Part shown: positions 9,878 through 19,829 of the stretch, one piece after another | Layout of the letters: each line of letters starts with the position of its first letter | Position numbering within the stretch: the first letter of the stretch is position 1 | Source: a virus | Lineage: Duplodnaviria > Caudoviricetes | Virus record (IMG/VR): IMGVR_UViG_3300028590_000016 | Location: 1 to 62,672 of that record | Strand: one strand, 5' to 3' | DNA length: 62,672 nucleotides | The notes under the pieces: generated by a model | The model's input: the letters and a program-made list of their open reading frames with translations, nothing else | Told to the model about the DNA's origin: nothing | Database searches by the model: none | Translations under genes and position numbers: made by a program

Positions 9878-12562
9878 ATGCCCCTCATCTATGCTTCAAT
9901 GGCCCCAACGTCTCTCGGCCCCTCGCTGGCCTTGGAGCTTGGCGGCTTGGTCGTCGTTTCAGAATTTGACAACACCGATAGCAGCCGTACTGCGCGCGCT
10001 ACTATCCCGAGTCTGCAGGTTACCAACGCAGCGATGTCGGCGCGGTTCGAGTGCACTTTCTACGGTGACGGCGCGACCGAAGACTTGGCGTTTGTCGGTC
10101 TCTGTAAGACTGAGCATCCGCCGTCTGTGCAGATCGGCACAAACACATCTAGCGTGGCGCTGGACATCGGGTCTGGCGGCATCTATTTGGACTCGACGTT
10201 AGTCGAGGCTACGCCGCCGATCGCGAAAGAAGACACGGTGGGCGTCTACCTTGACCGCTCGGTGTCGCCTCCTGTTGCCTACTTCTTCGTCAACGGTTCT
10301 TTCTTGGCTTCGGCCGAACTGAGCACGGGCGCGTGGTATCCGGCCGTCTCGCTTGGCAATGCGAAGGCATTCGACCTCAAGGCGTATTTGAACTTCGGCC
10401 AGCGTGCTTTCGAGTACGCTTTGGCGACGGATAGCGGCATCGAGAAGCCTAGCCTTGGCTGGTATCGGACAACGGTACAGCCGGCTCCGGCCTACGTTTC
10501 GTCGATCGAGGGCGGCGGCTATACCACGACGTTCCCTGATTCGCCTGCTGGGCGAACCTTTAACCCGCATCTGCTGAATTCTGGCGGCTTCACGATTACG
10601 CGAAAGTGTCAGGTCTGGACGCAGGGCGGCTCCGCGAGCAACAGTACATTCGCTGAGTTGGAAATCGACAACAGAACGGGGCTGTATGACCGTCTCCTGC
10701 GCGAGGACTGGCGGAACCAGCCTGTGACCGTTGATGTCCACGAAGTCGGCACAGCGTTCAATACGCGGTCTCGTGTCGCTACTGGCATCATCGACAAGAT
10801 CAGGGCCGGCGGCGAAGACACGATTCGTATCGCTATGCGTGACCGCATGGCAGACCTTGAGCGCCCGGTGCAGTTGCGCCCGTTCCCGCCGTACGTCGAC
10901 GATGGTGCCGCGAACCGGCCGCGTCCGATCATTCTTGGCGCCTGTCGCAATGTGCCGCCGCTGCTGTTCGATCAAGAAAACCGCATCTACTCCCTGAGCG
11001 ATCAGGCCGTCACGAATATCACGGCCGTGAGAGACAAGGGCGCGTTGCTGGACCCGCACGGTTTGGAGCCACAGTATTTCCCACGCAACAATCTGATGGA
11101 TTTGGAGCTTCAGACGTTGCCCGAAGGTCTATTGACGGCTGACGTCAGTAGCGAAGGCGATCAAGTCCAGATTCCTGGCGCTGATGATGTGCTTGAAGGC
11201 AAAGGCTCGTTCTCGGATTGGAGCGGTGTCGGCGCCCCGGATGGCTGGACATTCGTGCTCGGCGGTACCGGCGAACTGCTTCGGGTTCCGTACCAGTCGC
11301 CGCAGAACTGGTCGCTCCGGATGCGGACGACGCATACATATAATCCGACGCTTGCCGGCGAAGTCGGTTCCTACATCCGCTACGACGACTATGACCTGAT
11401 CCCGGGCCGAACCTACCGCATTTCGTTCAAAGTCGCGCGCGTAGTCGGCAATCCACCCGAACTTATCGGCGGCATCACTGCTGGCCTGCACGTCAGAACC
11501 GATATCACGGGCGGCGAACTGGGTTCCGTGACGCCGTGGCCGTGGCCGGTCACCGGGCCGACAGGAGCAACACCAGCCGGTGCGCAAGCGAAAACCTTCG
11601 TCTACACCGTCCCGCCAGGTTCGCCGCGCAAGCTCTACTTCATCGCCTCATCGAGCCAGACGGCCGGAGGTGGCGGCAACGGTTCCGCTTTGGTGCAGAT
11701 CCATGCGATCAGTGTCGAGTTGCTGGGAGATGTCCTGCAGTATTTGCCGCTGCAAGGCATCGGTCTGACCGCGTATATGCGGAACATCTTCCAGAACCAC
11801 GGCGGTCTCACACAGGCCGATTGGGATGCCGATGATACCGATTTGATCGACGCCGAAACCGGCTACGCCTTCGGGGTCAACATCCGCGATCCTATGACGA
11901 TCAAAGATGCGGCGGCGATGCCACTGGACACCTACTGCGCGACGCAGTTCGTTGATGCGGCAGGCGCGATCCGGACCCGGCGCTGGCGCGATCCTGCGCT
12001 TGCCAAGGATTCGGAAGTCATCGCGACGTTTGATGTCAGCAACATCGAGTACGGCGTCACGTCCGATATCGACCTCGCGCCCGGACTGACAACTACGATC
12101 GGCGCGCGGAGGAACTGGCAGATCTTCGGTGATTCCGATTTCGTGACCGACTACGTGACCGTCCCAGCCGCGCTTCGGGTGCAGTTCAAGCGCTTGAGCC
12201 AGTTGCAGCTTCCGGCCGCTGGCAGCTTGCCGGCGACGTACCAGTTCGCGGAGCAAGCGCCGCCTCTTGATTCGCTGTTGGACGCACCGGAACAGGCGCA
12301 GACCGAGATTGATCGCGTCGTGCGGCCTTACACCGCTGCTAGGACCGACAGCACCGCCAGAGTCACGATCAACACGCTGCCGCGCTTCGTGACATTCACG
12401 CATCAATATGACGGCCCGCCGCCCACGTATCTGTTCGGAGACATCATCAAAGTGACCTACAACCGTTTCGGACTTGATGCAGGTCAGCAGATGATGGTCT
12501 GGGATACCGCTATGGAACCATACAACCGCCGCATCACGATTTCCGCTTGGGGGAGCAAGTAA
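9878..12562 (+). CDS. Large tail tip protein with N-terminal SPRY/B30.2-like domain
   Basis: DTVGVYLD, YFFVNG, WYPAVSL, LNFGQRAF; RPIILGACRNVPP. Confidence 0.7.
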   Translation: MPLIYASMAPTSLGPSLALELGGLVVVSEFDNTDSSRTARATIPSLQVTNAAMSARFECTFYGDGATEDLAFVGLCKTEHPPSVQIGTNTSSVALDIGSGGIYLDSTLVEATPPIAKEDTVGVYLDRSVSPPVAYFFVNGSFLASAELSTGAWYPAVSLGNAKAFDLKAYLNFGQRAFEYALATDSGIEKPSLGWYRTTVQPAPAYVSSIEGGGYTTTFPDSPAGRTFNPHLLNSGGFTITRKCQVWTQGGSASNSTFAELEIDNRTGLYDRLLREDWRNQPVTVDVHEVGTAFNTRSRVATGIIDKIRAGGEDTIRIAMRDRMADLERPVQLRPFPPYVDDGAANRPRPIILGACRNVPPLLFDQENRIYSLSDQAVTNITAVRDKGALLDPHGLEPQYFPRNNLMDLELQTLPEGLLTADVSSEGDQVQIPGADDVLEGKGSFSDWSGVGAPDGWTFVLGGTGELLRVPYQSPQNWSLRMRTTHTYNPTLAGEVGSYIRYDDYDLIPGRTYRISFKVARVVGNPPELIGGITAGLHVRTDITGGELGSVTPWPWPVTGPTGATPAGAQAKTFVYTVPPGSPRKLYFIASSSQTAGGGGNGSALVQIHAISVELLGDVLQYLPLQGIGLTAYMRNIFQNHGGLTQADWDADDTDLIDAETGYAFGVNIRDPMTIKDAAAMPLDTYCATQFVDAAGAIRTRRWRDPALAKDSEVIATFDVSNIEYGVTSDIDLAPGLTTTIGARRNWQIFGDSDFVTDYVTVPAALRVQFKRLSQLQLPAAGSLPATYQFAEQAPPLDSLLDAPEQAQTEIDRVVRPYTAARTDSTARVTINTLPRFVTFTHQYDGPPPTYLFGDIIKVTYNRFGLDAGQQMMVWDTAMEPYNRRITISAWGSK

Positions 12563-13420
12563 ATGCTGATTTCTAGCGGGAAGGTCAACATGGTGATGGG
12601 GCCGCTGCGCTCATTCGACGGCGACGGCTTCTATATGGGATCGTCGACGCCTGCAACGGATGGACTCCGGGGCACGACAGCAACGGCAGTCTGGCCCGAG
12701 TTGACCTCGACCACGGCGCACTTCATCACGATCACTTTCCAGATCAATCCGGCCCCAACACTGGGGCATCCGCCGCGTCTGTTTGCGCTATTGAATCTGA
12801 CTGGTGCAATCAGGGTAGGCACCATCGTTGAACTTGTCGGGGGCACTAACAACAACCCGACGAACGTCATCGCAACGACAACCGTGCGAGCGCTCCCAGA
12901 CGGTCAGCTCGGCATCTGGCTCTATGTGCAGTCACAGACGCAGGTATGGGATTGGTGGGGCTGGAAGATCTACAACAACGATGGGGAAGGCGCCTACATC
13001 TTTGGCCCTGAAGCAACTACTTTCGGCGAAGTGTTCGGCGATACAATCGATACCTACTGCGCGACCACGATTTCCTCGCAGCTTGTGGACCCGACGCGCA
13101 TCAATCGATCGTCTTACAACCTCGCGCGGAGACTGATGCGGAAACCGTTCCGACAAGTGACCGTTTCCGTACAGCCCGTGGGGTACGACAAGGCATTCAT
13201 CGACCCCACAGGCAATCTGCAGGAATTGAGCTACCGCATGGCTCAAGCCGACTACGTGGCAGTGGTACAGCGTGAGTTCCCGGAAGCAACAGGGATCGCA
13301 AACGCCGACTACGTGCAGTCAACCGCTATGCTCGCCAGGGCAACGAACATCGGCGCAATCGCCAGCGAGGCGCGGAATGACCGCTGGCCGCTGTCGCTGT
13401 CGTTCGAAGAACTACTCTGA
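12563..13420 (+). CDS. Tail tip/structural protein
   Basis: Last gene of the tail operon; ends SLSFEELL. Confidence 0.6.
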   Translation: MLISSGKVNMVMGPLRSFDGDGFYMGSSTPATDGLRGTTATAVWPELTSTTAHFITITFQINPAPTLGHPPRLFALLNLTGAIRVGTIVELVGGTNNNPTNVIATTTVRALPDGQLGIWLYVQSQTQVWDWWGWKIYNNDGEGAYIFGPEATTFGEVFGDTIDTYCATTISSQLVDPTRINRSSYNLARRLMRKPFRQVTVSVQPVGYDKAFIDPTGNLQELSYRMAQADYVAVVQREFPEATGIANADYVQSTAMLARATNIGAIASEARNDRWPLSLSFEELL

Positions 13421-13708
13421 GTAGAGCGCCATGGGGCGTATGTAGAAGCTGCCCCATTCAGCGGAACCGAACTCATGTGCTGGATTGGTGGCACGCCATT
13501 CGGCCAGATCAGCGATGAAGGCCTCGCTTGCTTTGGCAAGGCCTTCTGCGCTGCGATAATCCAGCCGCATATGTGGTCTACTAAGAGTATGGGATGCGGC
13601 TGCGTCCGCGAACTTCTTGGCCGCCTCCTCGCTGCTGTAGGCGCGCATCACGCATTCCCCACCGTATGGGGCGGACGCAACAACGGCGTAGATAACGCTC
13701 TTCTTCAT
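13412..13708 (-). CDS. Hypothetical protein
   Basis: ORF coupled to upstream gene. Confidence 0.6.
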   Translation of the reverse strand: MKKSVIYAVVASAPYGGECVMRAYSSEEAAKKFADAAASHTLSRPHMRLDYRSAEGLAKASEAFIADLAEWRATNPAHEFGSAEWGSFYIRPMALYSE

Positions 13709-13980
13709 CGAAACAGCATCCTATATTCGTAGTTCGGCAGCGAGTGCCCACCCGTCCCCATGGCGACGATGATCCTTTGCTGAGGCAGCGCCGGCTTCTT
13801 GCAGTTCGCCATCTTCTTCGCCAAGCCGGCCTCCCACAGCGCTGAAATATCCGCGACGGACACAGCTCCGTTGCGCACAGCCGTGGCAACGTACTTAGCC
13901 GACCATGCAGAGCATTGCGCGGTTATGGCTGCTGTCGACTGCATCTTCCCCTCGAATAACCAAAGCTTCGACTTGCTCAC
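13705..13980 (-). CDS. Hypothetical protein (FEG-x-M motif shared with 51081-51314)
   Basis: Coupled ORF. Confidence 0.6.
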   Translation of the reverse strand: MSKSKLWLFEGKMQSTAAITAQCSAWSAKYVATAVRNGAVSVADISALWEAGLAKKMANCKKPALPQQRIIVAMGTGGHSLPNYEYRMLFR

Positions 13981-14501
13981 TTGGTGGCTTCCTGTAGCTC
14001 GATCATCGACGCCTTGGCATTCTTGTAGGCTTCGCAGAACTCAGTGTGCCAGCCAGACTCGCACCTTATCGGCTTCAGCTTGTGCTTGATCGTGCATTTG
14101 TGCGAAAAATTCGGTGAGCGACCACGCATACTGAACTCGAAGTCCCAATCGACGGATCGGTAGATTTCCATCTGCACGTTCAGGGTTCCAATCCACCGCC
14201 GCAGGTTGTCGATTCGTTCGACGACACTCATGGGGCTTGTGTGGCGGGGGCATTCGTCATCGAAGCACGTCACATCGATGCCCAAGTCTTTCTCTTTCGC
14301 TGCGCCAGCCCTATCCAAGGCAGCATGCGCCGAAGCCTCCAACTTCTTCATCCGATCGTAACCACCAGCCAGATCGTCGATACGCTGCGGCACATCCAAA
14401 TCGTCATAGCCGCCCCAATCGTTGAGTTCGGTTTCAGCTACACCCGCCTTCGTAAGTGCGGCATGTGCTCGGGCGCATTCTTCACATTCGTGTTCGGTCA
14501 T
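13977..14501 (-). CDS. Hypothetical protein with internal repeat
   Basis: AHAAL..AG.A...RID.L occurs twice. Confidence 0.65.
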   Translation of the reverse strand: MTEHECEECARAHAALTKAGVAETELNDWGGYDDLDVPQRIDDLAGGYDRMKKLEASAHAALDRAGAAKEKDLGIDVTCFDDECPRHTSPMSVVERIDNLRRWIGTLNVQMEIYRSVDWDFEFSMRGRSPNFSHKCTIKHKLKPIRCESGWHTEFCEAYKNAKASMIELQEATK

Positions 14502-14911
14502 TTCGCAGTCCTCGGCCCATCAGGTAGCCGCATGAAGTGAGTGGGGTTGGGGCAGTCTCCCGGCTTTAAGGTGCCTGTGACGCCGAGCGGTATCCACGCC
14601 TGATGCACGAAGTTCCAGTAGCATCGCGGGATGCTGTGCGGTCGATCAGGCCCGGCGACCCAGATATCGACAAGCTCGGCCGTTTCTTTATCGTATTCCT
14701 TGATCGGGCGCCACGGTGACGTGCGTAAATTCCAAGATTCAATGGCCGCCGCCTCTGTCGCCTCGAATGGGCCTGCTGCGCCACATCCATGCAATTGACT
14801 GCCCGTGGACGCATCGCACAAGACTTGGTAGTGCCTTTCGTCTTCGTAAACTCTCGGCGCCTCTCGCGACCCGCAGTGCGGGCATCCCATAATTGGTTCG
14901 TGGTCAGTCAT
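14498..14911 (-). CDS. Lar-like Zn finger fused to DUF551-like domain
   Basis: CPHCG..CGAAGP..AIESWNLR; WRPI..PTHFMRLP. Confidence 0.7.
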   Translation of the reverse strand: MTDHEPIMGCPHCGSREAPRVYEDERHYQVLCDASTGSQLHGCGAAGPFEATEAAAIESWNLRTSPWRPIKEYDKETAELVDIWVAGPDRPHSIPRCYWNFVHQAWIPLGVTGTLKPGDCPNPTHFMRLPDGPRTAK

Positions 14912-15272
14912 TGGAAGGCGCCTTTACGCCGATCAACTTGAACAGATTGAAGACGCCGCGCCCTTGCTTGTTAGTGCCGCGCTGGGTGTACTTGCCGGTG
15001 CCGGGCCAGAAGTCCACGATTGGCTTCGTATGCACGATCAGATGCGCGCCATCGTTCTTGGTGTCGAACTGAACTCCAGCACGGCGTAGCAGCTCGGCTG
15101 AGCTATCGCGGTTGCGCGCTCGGCGCTCTTTGCTCTCCTGTTGGCGATCGAACGACTGTTGCTCGCCCCCACAGTCGCCACAGCGAACCGGGTAGCCGCC
15201 GTCCTCACCGAGGAAGACGCCACAGCATTCGCATAGCGTACCGTCGAGCATCATTTCTGCGATTTCACCCAT
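14904..15272 (-). CDS. Conserved phage hypothetical protein
   Basis: MGEIAEMMLDGTLC..CG; DFWPGTG. Confidence 0.7.
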   Translation of the reverse strand: MGEIAEMMLDGTLCECCGVFLGEDGGYPVRCGDCGGEQQSFDRQQESKERRARNRDSSAELLRRAGVQFDTKNDGAHLIVHTKPIVDFWPGTGKYTQRGTNKQGRGVFNLFKLIGVKAPSND

Positions 15273-16011
15273 TGGTCAGTCCTCCCGCTTTCAACAACTG
15301 AGCGATGCGCGTTTCGATCCAAGATGAAACGGATTCTCCCGGCTCGTCGCCGAACATCAGCCCGTCAGCGTCTTTCACCGCTTGTTTGTACGCAGCGGCA
15401 GCACGTAGCCGAAGCCTCAGTTCTTCGGCAAACGGAACCTTCATGAAGTGCTCAGCGCGCTCGGCCATCTTGCCTTTAGCGTGCGATTCCACGTATTCCG
15501 CGAACTCAACGGCTTGGCAGATAGCGACCTCGCGATCTTCAAAGGCGGCATCAGCGGCAAGCGAGGCACCAACATGCGGGCACAGCATCGCATCATCGGC
15601 ACGTGGGCATCCCGGGAATCCCTCTCGGCACTTCGCCCATTCCTCCTTCGGCAGCGAGCAATACGCGCAGGGACCGCCGGAGTTCGCCAATGCAGCACGG
15701 AGCCTATCGTTCTCGGCACGCGATTCAGCAAGTGCGGTCTCTGATTTCCGAAGCTCGTCAACCTTAATGGCATAGTTTTGACGGAGACGCACATGGATGC
15801 TTTCGATGGCATCGCTTTGCCTTTTCCACTTGCGGGCAATTGAGAACGCGAAGTCTCTGCGGCGGCGCTCCTTTGCCAGTTTCTTGGCAAGTCGATCGCG
15901 TTCTTTCACAACCGGTTCGTACTCGGCGTAGAGCATGAAGTCGCCATCTGGCGTGATATCGTATTCCAGATCGTAGCCCCTGAATTCGTAGCGCTTCAAG
16001 TCGCTAGGCAC
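15265..16011 (-). CDS. Hypothetical protein
   Basis: Coupled ORF; CAYC..C..GFPGC. Confidence 0.65.
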   Translation of the reverse strand: MPSDLKRYEFRGYDLEYDITPDGDFMLYAEYEPVVKERDRLAKKLAKERRRRDFAFSIARKWKRQSDAIESIHVRLRQNYAIKVDELRKSETALAESRAENDRLRAALANSGGPCAYCSLPKEEWAKCREGFPGCPRADDAMLCPHVGASLAADAAFEDREVAICQAVEFAEYVESHAKGKMAERAEHFMKVPFAEELRLRLRAAAAYKQAVKDADGLMFGDEPGESVSSWIETRIAQLLKAGGLTNG

Positions 16012-16013
16012 TA

Positions 16014-16232
16014 TCAGTCCTCCTTGGGCGCGAATAGCACGAAGCCTACATACTTCGTGTAGCCAAGCTTTTCAGCCAGTGCCGCGCTTATCTCTCGACG
16101 CCGGTTCAGAACATCGCTTAGATACTGCGCGCTAACGCCGATGTGCTTGGCGGCAGCCTTCTGCGAACCTTCGTGGCGCACGATGATGCGGATGTCTTCG
16201 ATCAATACAGACGGAGGAACAAGGCTAGCCAT
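16014..16232 (-). CDS. XRE-type HTH protein
   Basis: SQKAAAKHIGVSAQYLSDVLNRRR. Confidence 0.8.
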   Translation of the reverse strand: MASLVPPSVLIEDIRIIVRHEGSQKAAAKHIGVSAQYLSDVLNRRREISAALAEKLGYTKYVGFVLFAPKED

Positions 16233-16470
16233 TGCCACTCCCCCCTTTGTGCGCCTTCACCGCATCGGTAGCTGCGCGCTCGATGTTGTCGAGTTGCGTC
16301 CACGCGTCGCGCAGGATTTGCGCCACGTACGAACCAACCGATCTGCCGGCTGCATCAAGAGCATGCCACCCCGGCAAATCGAGCGAGGCAGCATTGTTCA
16401 CAGCCGCCTTGGCCGAAAGCTGCTTGTTCCGCAGCCGCGCGGCGAGGTCAGGCATCGAAAGATCACGCAT
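16225..16470 (-). CDS. Hypothetical protein
   Basis: Coupled ORF. Confidence 0.6.
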   Translation of the reverse strand: MRDLSMPDLAARLRNKQLSAKAAVNNAASLDLPGWHALDAAGRSVGSYVAQILRDAWTQLDNIERAATDAVKAHKGGSGNG

Positions 16471-17137
16471 GGGCGAGCTCCTTAGCAGCCTTGCTCACGT
16501 CGTACTGTTCGATGCCCCACACGATCGCGCGCAGGCACCAGATGAAGTCGAACCGGTATTCGTAAAAGTTGTGCTCGTAGAAGTCGACGAACTCGAATTT
16601 GTCGCCACTAAACAAAGCGCTATTGCGCGGCAACGGGAACGTGAAGGCTATGGCTGCGCGAATCGCCGCGTCTTCGCCATCACATGCCGCACCGAGCACT
16701 TCGTTCTGTACCGACTCCCAGCACTCGCGGCGTTGCTCGAAGTCATCCGCCGTGTTGCAGCGGCCACGCCAGCGCTGACGGAAGTCCGTCTTCACCGCTT
16801 GCCGGAACAACTCCTGCGAGAACTCCATGCCGCGATCCGCCTTCGTGCGGAACTGACCCTGTAGCTTCTCGGCCCAATAGCTCGGGTTGATGCGTCCGTC
16901 GCCATCGCGTCGAAAGAAGTCGAACATGTCAGCGATGCGGCTGAACACGTAGGTTCCCATATCGCCGTGAAGGACCAGCACGCCCGGCCATGTCACGATG
17001 TCGAACCAGTAGGCTCTATCGCCCGGCCGCTTGAACTGCAGATGCCGCTGCAGGCCCTCATCGCGCTCAACCGTGAGCACGTGGCCTTTCGTATCCTCTG
17101 CGAACCTTTCCGCAGTGCATGCGTATTTCTCAGTCAT
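16463..17137 (-). CDS. Conserved phage hypothetical protein
   Basis: YWFDIVTWPG.L...GDMG.YVF.R..DMF.FFR, INPSYWAEKL. Confidence 0.75.
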   Translation of the reverse strand: MTEKYACTAERFAEDTKGHVLTVERDEGLQRHLQFKRPGDRAYWFDIVTWPGVLVLHGDMGTYVFSRIADMFDFFRRDGDGRINPSYWAEKLQGQFRTKADRGMEFSQELFRQAVKTDFRQRWRGRCNTADDFEQRRECWESVQNEVLGAACDGEDAAIRAAIAFTFPLPRNSALFSGDKFEFVDFYEHNFYEYRFDFIWCLRAIVWGIEQYDVSKAAKELAHA

Positions 17138-17372
17138 CGTCTACTCCCCTTACCAGGATGCTTGATGTTTTGACGCAACTAAGGAATGACCGGAGTGACC
17201 AGATGCGTCTGTGGTGATGGCGCGCTTCTAGCCAATGGAAGCGCACAGCGTCACCCCACCCCTTTCGTGTTGTTCGCTCCAAAACCTCTAAAGTTTGCGT
17301 GCATCTCCTGATTCCGAAGCGATTGCAGAAGATGTCGCCGGGCCGTGGATCAATCCTGGGGTCGCGTTTCAT
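17130..17372 (-). CDS. Hypothetical protein
   Basis: MKRDPRIDPRPGD start. Confidence 0.55.
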   Translation of the reverse strand: MKRDPRIDPRPGDIFCNRFGIRRCTQTLEVLERTTRKGWGDAVRFHWLEARHHHRRIWSLRSFLSCVKTSSILVRGVDDD

Positions 17373-17376
17373 TCGC

Positions 17377-17862
17377 TCACTCTCGCCGCAGAGCCGTGTC
17401 AGCCGCCATGTAGCAGCGCTGCAAGGCATTCTCGGCGTTTCGCAGGCGAATATGGGCCAGCCCGGTTGCTGGCGCCGTGCCGATAGTGCCTTTGACTTCC
17501 AGAAGCGCGGCCGAGAATCTTTCGGCTTGGTTCTGCGCCTTGACCCGATCGACAGTAGCCAGCATGCTAGCCCGCAGCGAGGACGCGATGTCCTTTTGCA
17601 GCGCGGAGATTTCGGCGTTGGCCGCATCCAATTCGGCGCGCAGCTTGCGAAGAAACGGCACGAACTCTTTGACGCTTATGGTCGCGGTTTCGACCTGTGG
17701 GCCATGGAATGCGCCGCCTGCCTTGACAAAATCGGCCAACAACACGGCATCGCTACTCAAGAGCGTCATCCCAGCACCATAGAGTGCTTGGTACGCGGCG
17801 TTGTATGCCCGCACTACCGCATCGTGCTTAGCCCGCGACGTCGCCCCGGTAATATCGGTCAT
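17377..17862 (-). CDS. Hypothetical protein
   Basis: Coupled ORF. Confidence 0.6.
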   Translation of the reverse strand: MTDITGATSRAKHDAVVRAYNAAYQALYGAGMTLLSSDAVLLADFVKAGGAFHGPQVETATISVKEFVPFLRKLRAELDAANAEISALQKDIASSLRASMLATVDRVKAQNQAERFSAALLEVKGTIGTAPATGLAHIRLRNAENALQRCYMAADTALRRE

Positions 17863-18110
17863 GGCAGCCACCGATCGGTCCAGTGTCCATCTGGCAGAAC
17901 CTTGGTGCGATTGATTGAGAGGCGAACGATTCCATCGGCTTCCGGAAACGCCTGCACGAGAAAATCTCGCGAGCGCCAGACGCCAAGATGCGTTTCGCGT
18001 GGCACCTTTTCAGGCGGCAGCGCTTCCAACCGATGCCCATACTTTAGGTTTTCGGCATTGAGCGCTTTCCGCATCTCGTTGACCTGACGGAAGTCCATGG
18101 GCTTCATCAT
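17859..18110 (-). CDS. Hypothetical protein
   Basis: WRSRDFLVQ..RLSINR. Confidence 0.6.
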   Translation of the reverse strand: MMKPMDFRQVNEMRKALNAENLKYGHRLEALPPEKVPRETHLGVWRSRDFLVQAFPEADGIVRLSINRTKVLPDGHWTDRWLP

Positions 18111-19183
18111 GCAGCCTCGGTTGGATACTCGTTGTGCTCGCGGCCGTCGAGAAGGCGGCCGGACATTTTCTTGCCGACGCGGACCATCCAAGCGCCGCCA
18201 GACTCCTTCCAGCCCTCATCGACCATACCGAAGTGCTTGTCACCGGCGGCGAAGAATTTTCCAACAGCGTTGAATATCCGGTCCTCTCGGGAAGCCTTGA
18301 GCAATGGTCCGCCCGGCGCCTCGTTTGTAGCATCAGCGAAGTCGCCCCACTGTTTCCAGAAAAATGCGACTTTGTGTTCCGCGCACTGGTCACGAATAGA
18401 GCGCGCCCAATCCGGGTGGAACGGTCGTGCACCACGACCAGACTCGCCGCCGGCAACAACCCAATCGATGCGACGTAGCGGCAGTTCATTGCCCATCGCA
18501 TCCCATCGCCCGGTCTGGTTCACATCATTGAACCGCATATCGATCGCGCTCAGCAACGGCTCTGCGGAAACCCAGCGGATCACGGCCGGCGTACTCCGCA
18601 AGTAGCCGACCCGCTCGTCATAGCGTTTCTGGTCTTCGGCGCTGATGCCGACCCAGATGCCGGGCGGCGGGTTCTGCGGGCTGAACTTTAGGTTCGGCGG
18701 CGATACTTCATCCCCGCGCCGGTTCTTGTGGAAGATGCGCAGGCATTCCGACGAGGCGTACACTTGCTCCCAGAACTGCGAATCGTTCAAGAGTTCGTGC
18801 ATCCGCTTCGCACGCTTCGTCAGCACTTGGAACGTGTGCCCGCGCAGATGGTGCGCAGCGATCATCACGGCGAAAATCTCGACGATCCACCAGCGCTCGG
18901 CGTTTTCGTGGAAAAGATCGCCATGGGCGCAGACGAAGATGCGGCGCGGTGTCGCCCAGCGCAGAGGTTGTTCAAGCCACTGTTCATTGAAGCGGAGGGC
19001 GCCATTCCAGACTGGCCCAGCTTTGGTCTGAGTCGTCAGGCCAATACGTGAAGGGTGATTGCGGAGCCTCGATCCTGCAAGCTTCATTGCATAACAATTC
19101 GTGCAGCCCGGCGACTCAAGGCTGCAGCCCGTAATCACGTTCCAACTAGAATCCGTCCATTCGATTTTCGTTTTCTCGCCCAA
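18107..19183 (-). CDS. DUF5131 / phage Gp37Gp68 family protein (radical-SAM-like Cys cluster)
   Basis: TKIEWTD, GC...SPGCTNCYA, DLFH, FQVLTKR, SAEPLL, WVVAGGESG, FFWKQWG. Confidence 0.9.
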   Translation of the reverse strand: MGEKTKIEWTDSSWNVITGCSLESPGCTNCYAMKLAGSRLRNHPSRIGLTTQTKAGPVWNGALRFNEQWLEQPLRWATPRRIFVCAHGDLFHENAERWWIVEIFAVMIAAHHLRGHTFQVLTKRAKRMHELLNDSQFWEQVYASSECLRIFHKNRRGDEVSPPNLKFSPQNPPPGIWVGISAEDQKRYDERVGYLRSTPAVIRWVSAEPLLSAIDMRFNDVNQTGRWDAMGNELPLRRIDWVVAGGESGRGARPFHPDWARSIRDQCAEHKVAFFWKQWGDFADATNEAPGGPLLKASREDRIFNAVGKFFAAGDKHFGMVDEGWKESGGAWMVRVGKKMSGRLLDGREHNEYPTEAA

Positions 19184-19249
19184 CGTCGTTCGCCTATGTC
19201 TTGGTTGGCAAGCCGTGATATCGTAGAGACACCTTACAACAGCGAGCGT

Positions 19250-19438
19250 ATGTACGCAATGGCTCCACCGAAGAAACCTGTAGCGCAGTGCCGAACAGCG
19301 AGTCATCCCTTCCAGATCCGCGCCAACGCCGTGGAACTTGAAGCATGGAAGGGTGCGGCTGGTGCGATCCCTACAAGCACATGGGCGCGTGACGTACTGA
19401 ACAAGGCGGCTAAGGCGAAGCGTCCGACGAAGGGCTAG
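19250..19438 (+). CDS. Small ribbon-helix-helix-like DNA-binding protein
   Basis: FQIRA...E.EAWK.AA....STWARDVL..AA. Confidence 0.6.
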   Translation: MYAMAPPKKPVAQCRTASHPFQIRANAVELEAWKGAAGAIPTSTWARDVLNKAAKAKRPTKG

Positions 19439-19829
19439 GCGGGTCGTCTGGCAGCGGTGCATAGTGCGTGACTGCTGTCGGGTCCAAGTAGTTCTTGAAC
19501 CCGATTGACCAGAGACCCATGCGCTGCCCGTTGATCGTCTCGCCGACTGTCGTATCCCAGCAGGCGTAGTACATCTTTGGGAGCCAGCCCCCGGTACCGG
19601 GCCAGTACAACAGAACTGGTGTCCCGTCTTTCGGCGCGGTGCAAATCGGCTTCCATGGCGAAGCTCGGCGATTCCAAGCCAATATTGCAGCATCGGTTGT
19701 TTCCGATGCTGGCCCTTCAACCGAACAAAGAGCACAGGCTACTGTGTTCCAGTAGACTGACGGCGAATTGATGTGGAGATGCGCGGTGGTCCCGCACCAT
19801 GGGCAATTTTTCAGCTCAACCGTAGTCAC
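19410..19829 (-). CDS. Lar-like Zn finger fused to DUF551-like domain
   Basis: LKNCPWCG..C..C..AILAWNRR; WKPICTAPKDGT. Confidence 0.72.
   Translation of the reverse strand: MTTVELKNCPWCGTTAHLHINSPSVYWNTVACALCSVEGPASETTDAAILAWNRRASPWKPICTAPKDGTPVLLYWPGTGGWLPKMYYACWDTTVGETINGQRMGLWSIGFKNYLDPTAVTHYAPLPDDPPSPSSDASP

Noticed and set aside
3646-12406. Long antisense or alternate-frame ORFs in the tail genes
   Set aside because: Expected shadow ORFs of GC-rich coding DNA; no motifs or ribosome binding sites
18107-19735. 542-aa ORF as a single protein
   Set aside because: DUF5131 similarity starts at TTG 19183; the upstream part overlaps two better genes
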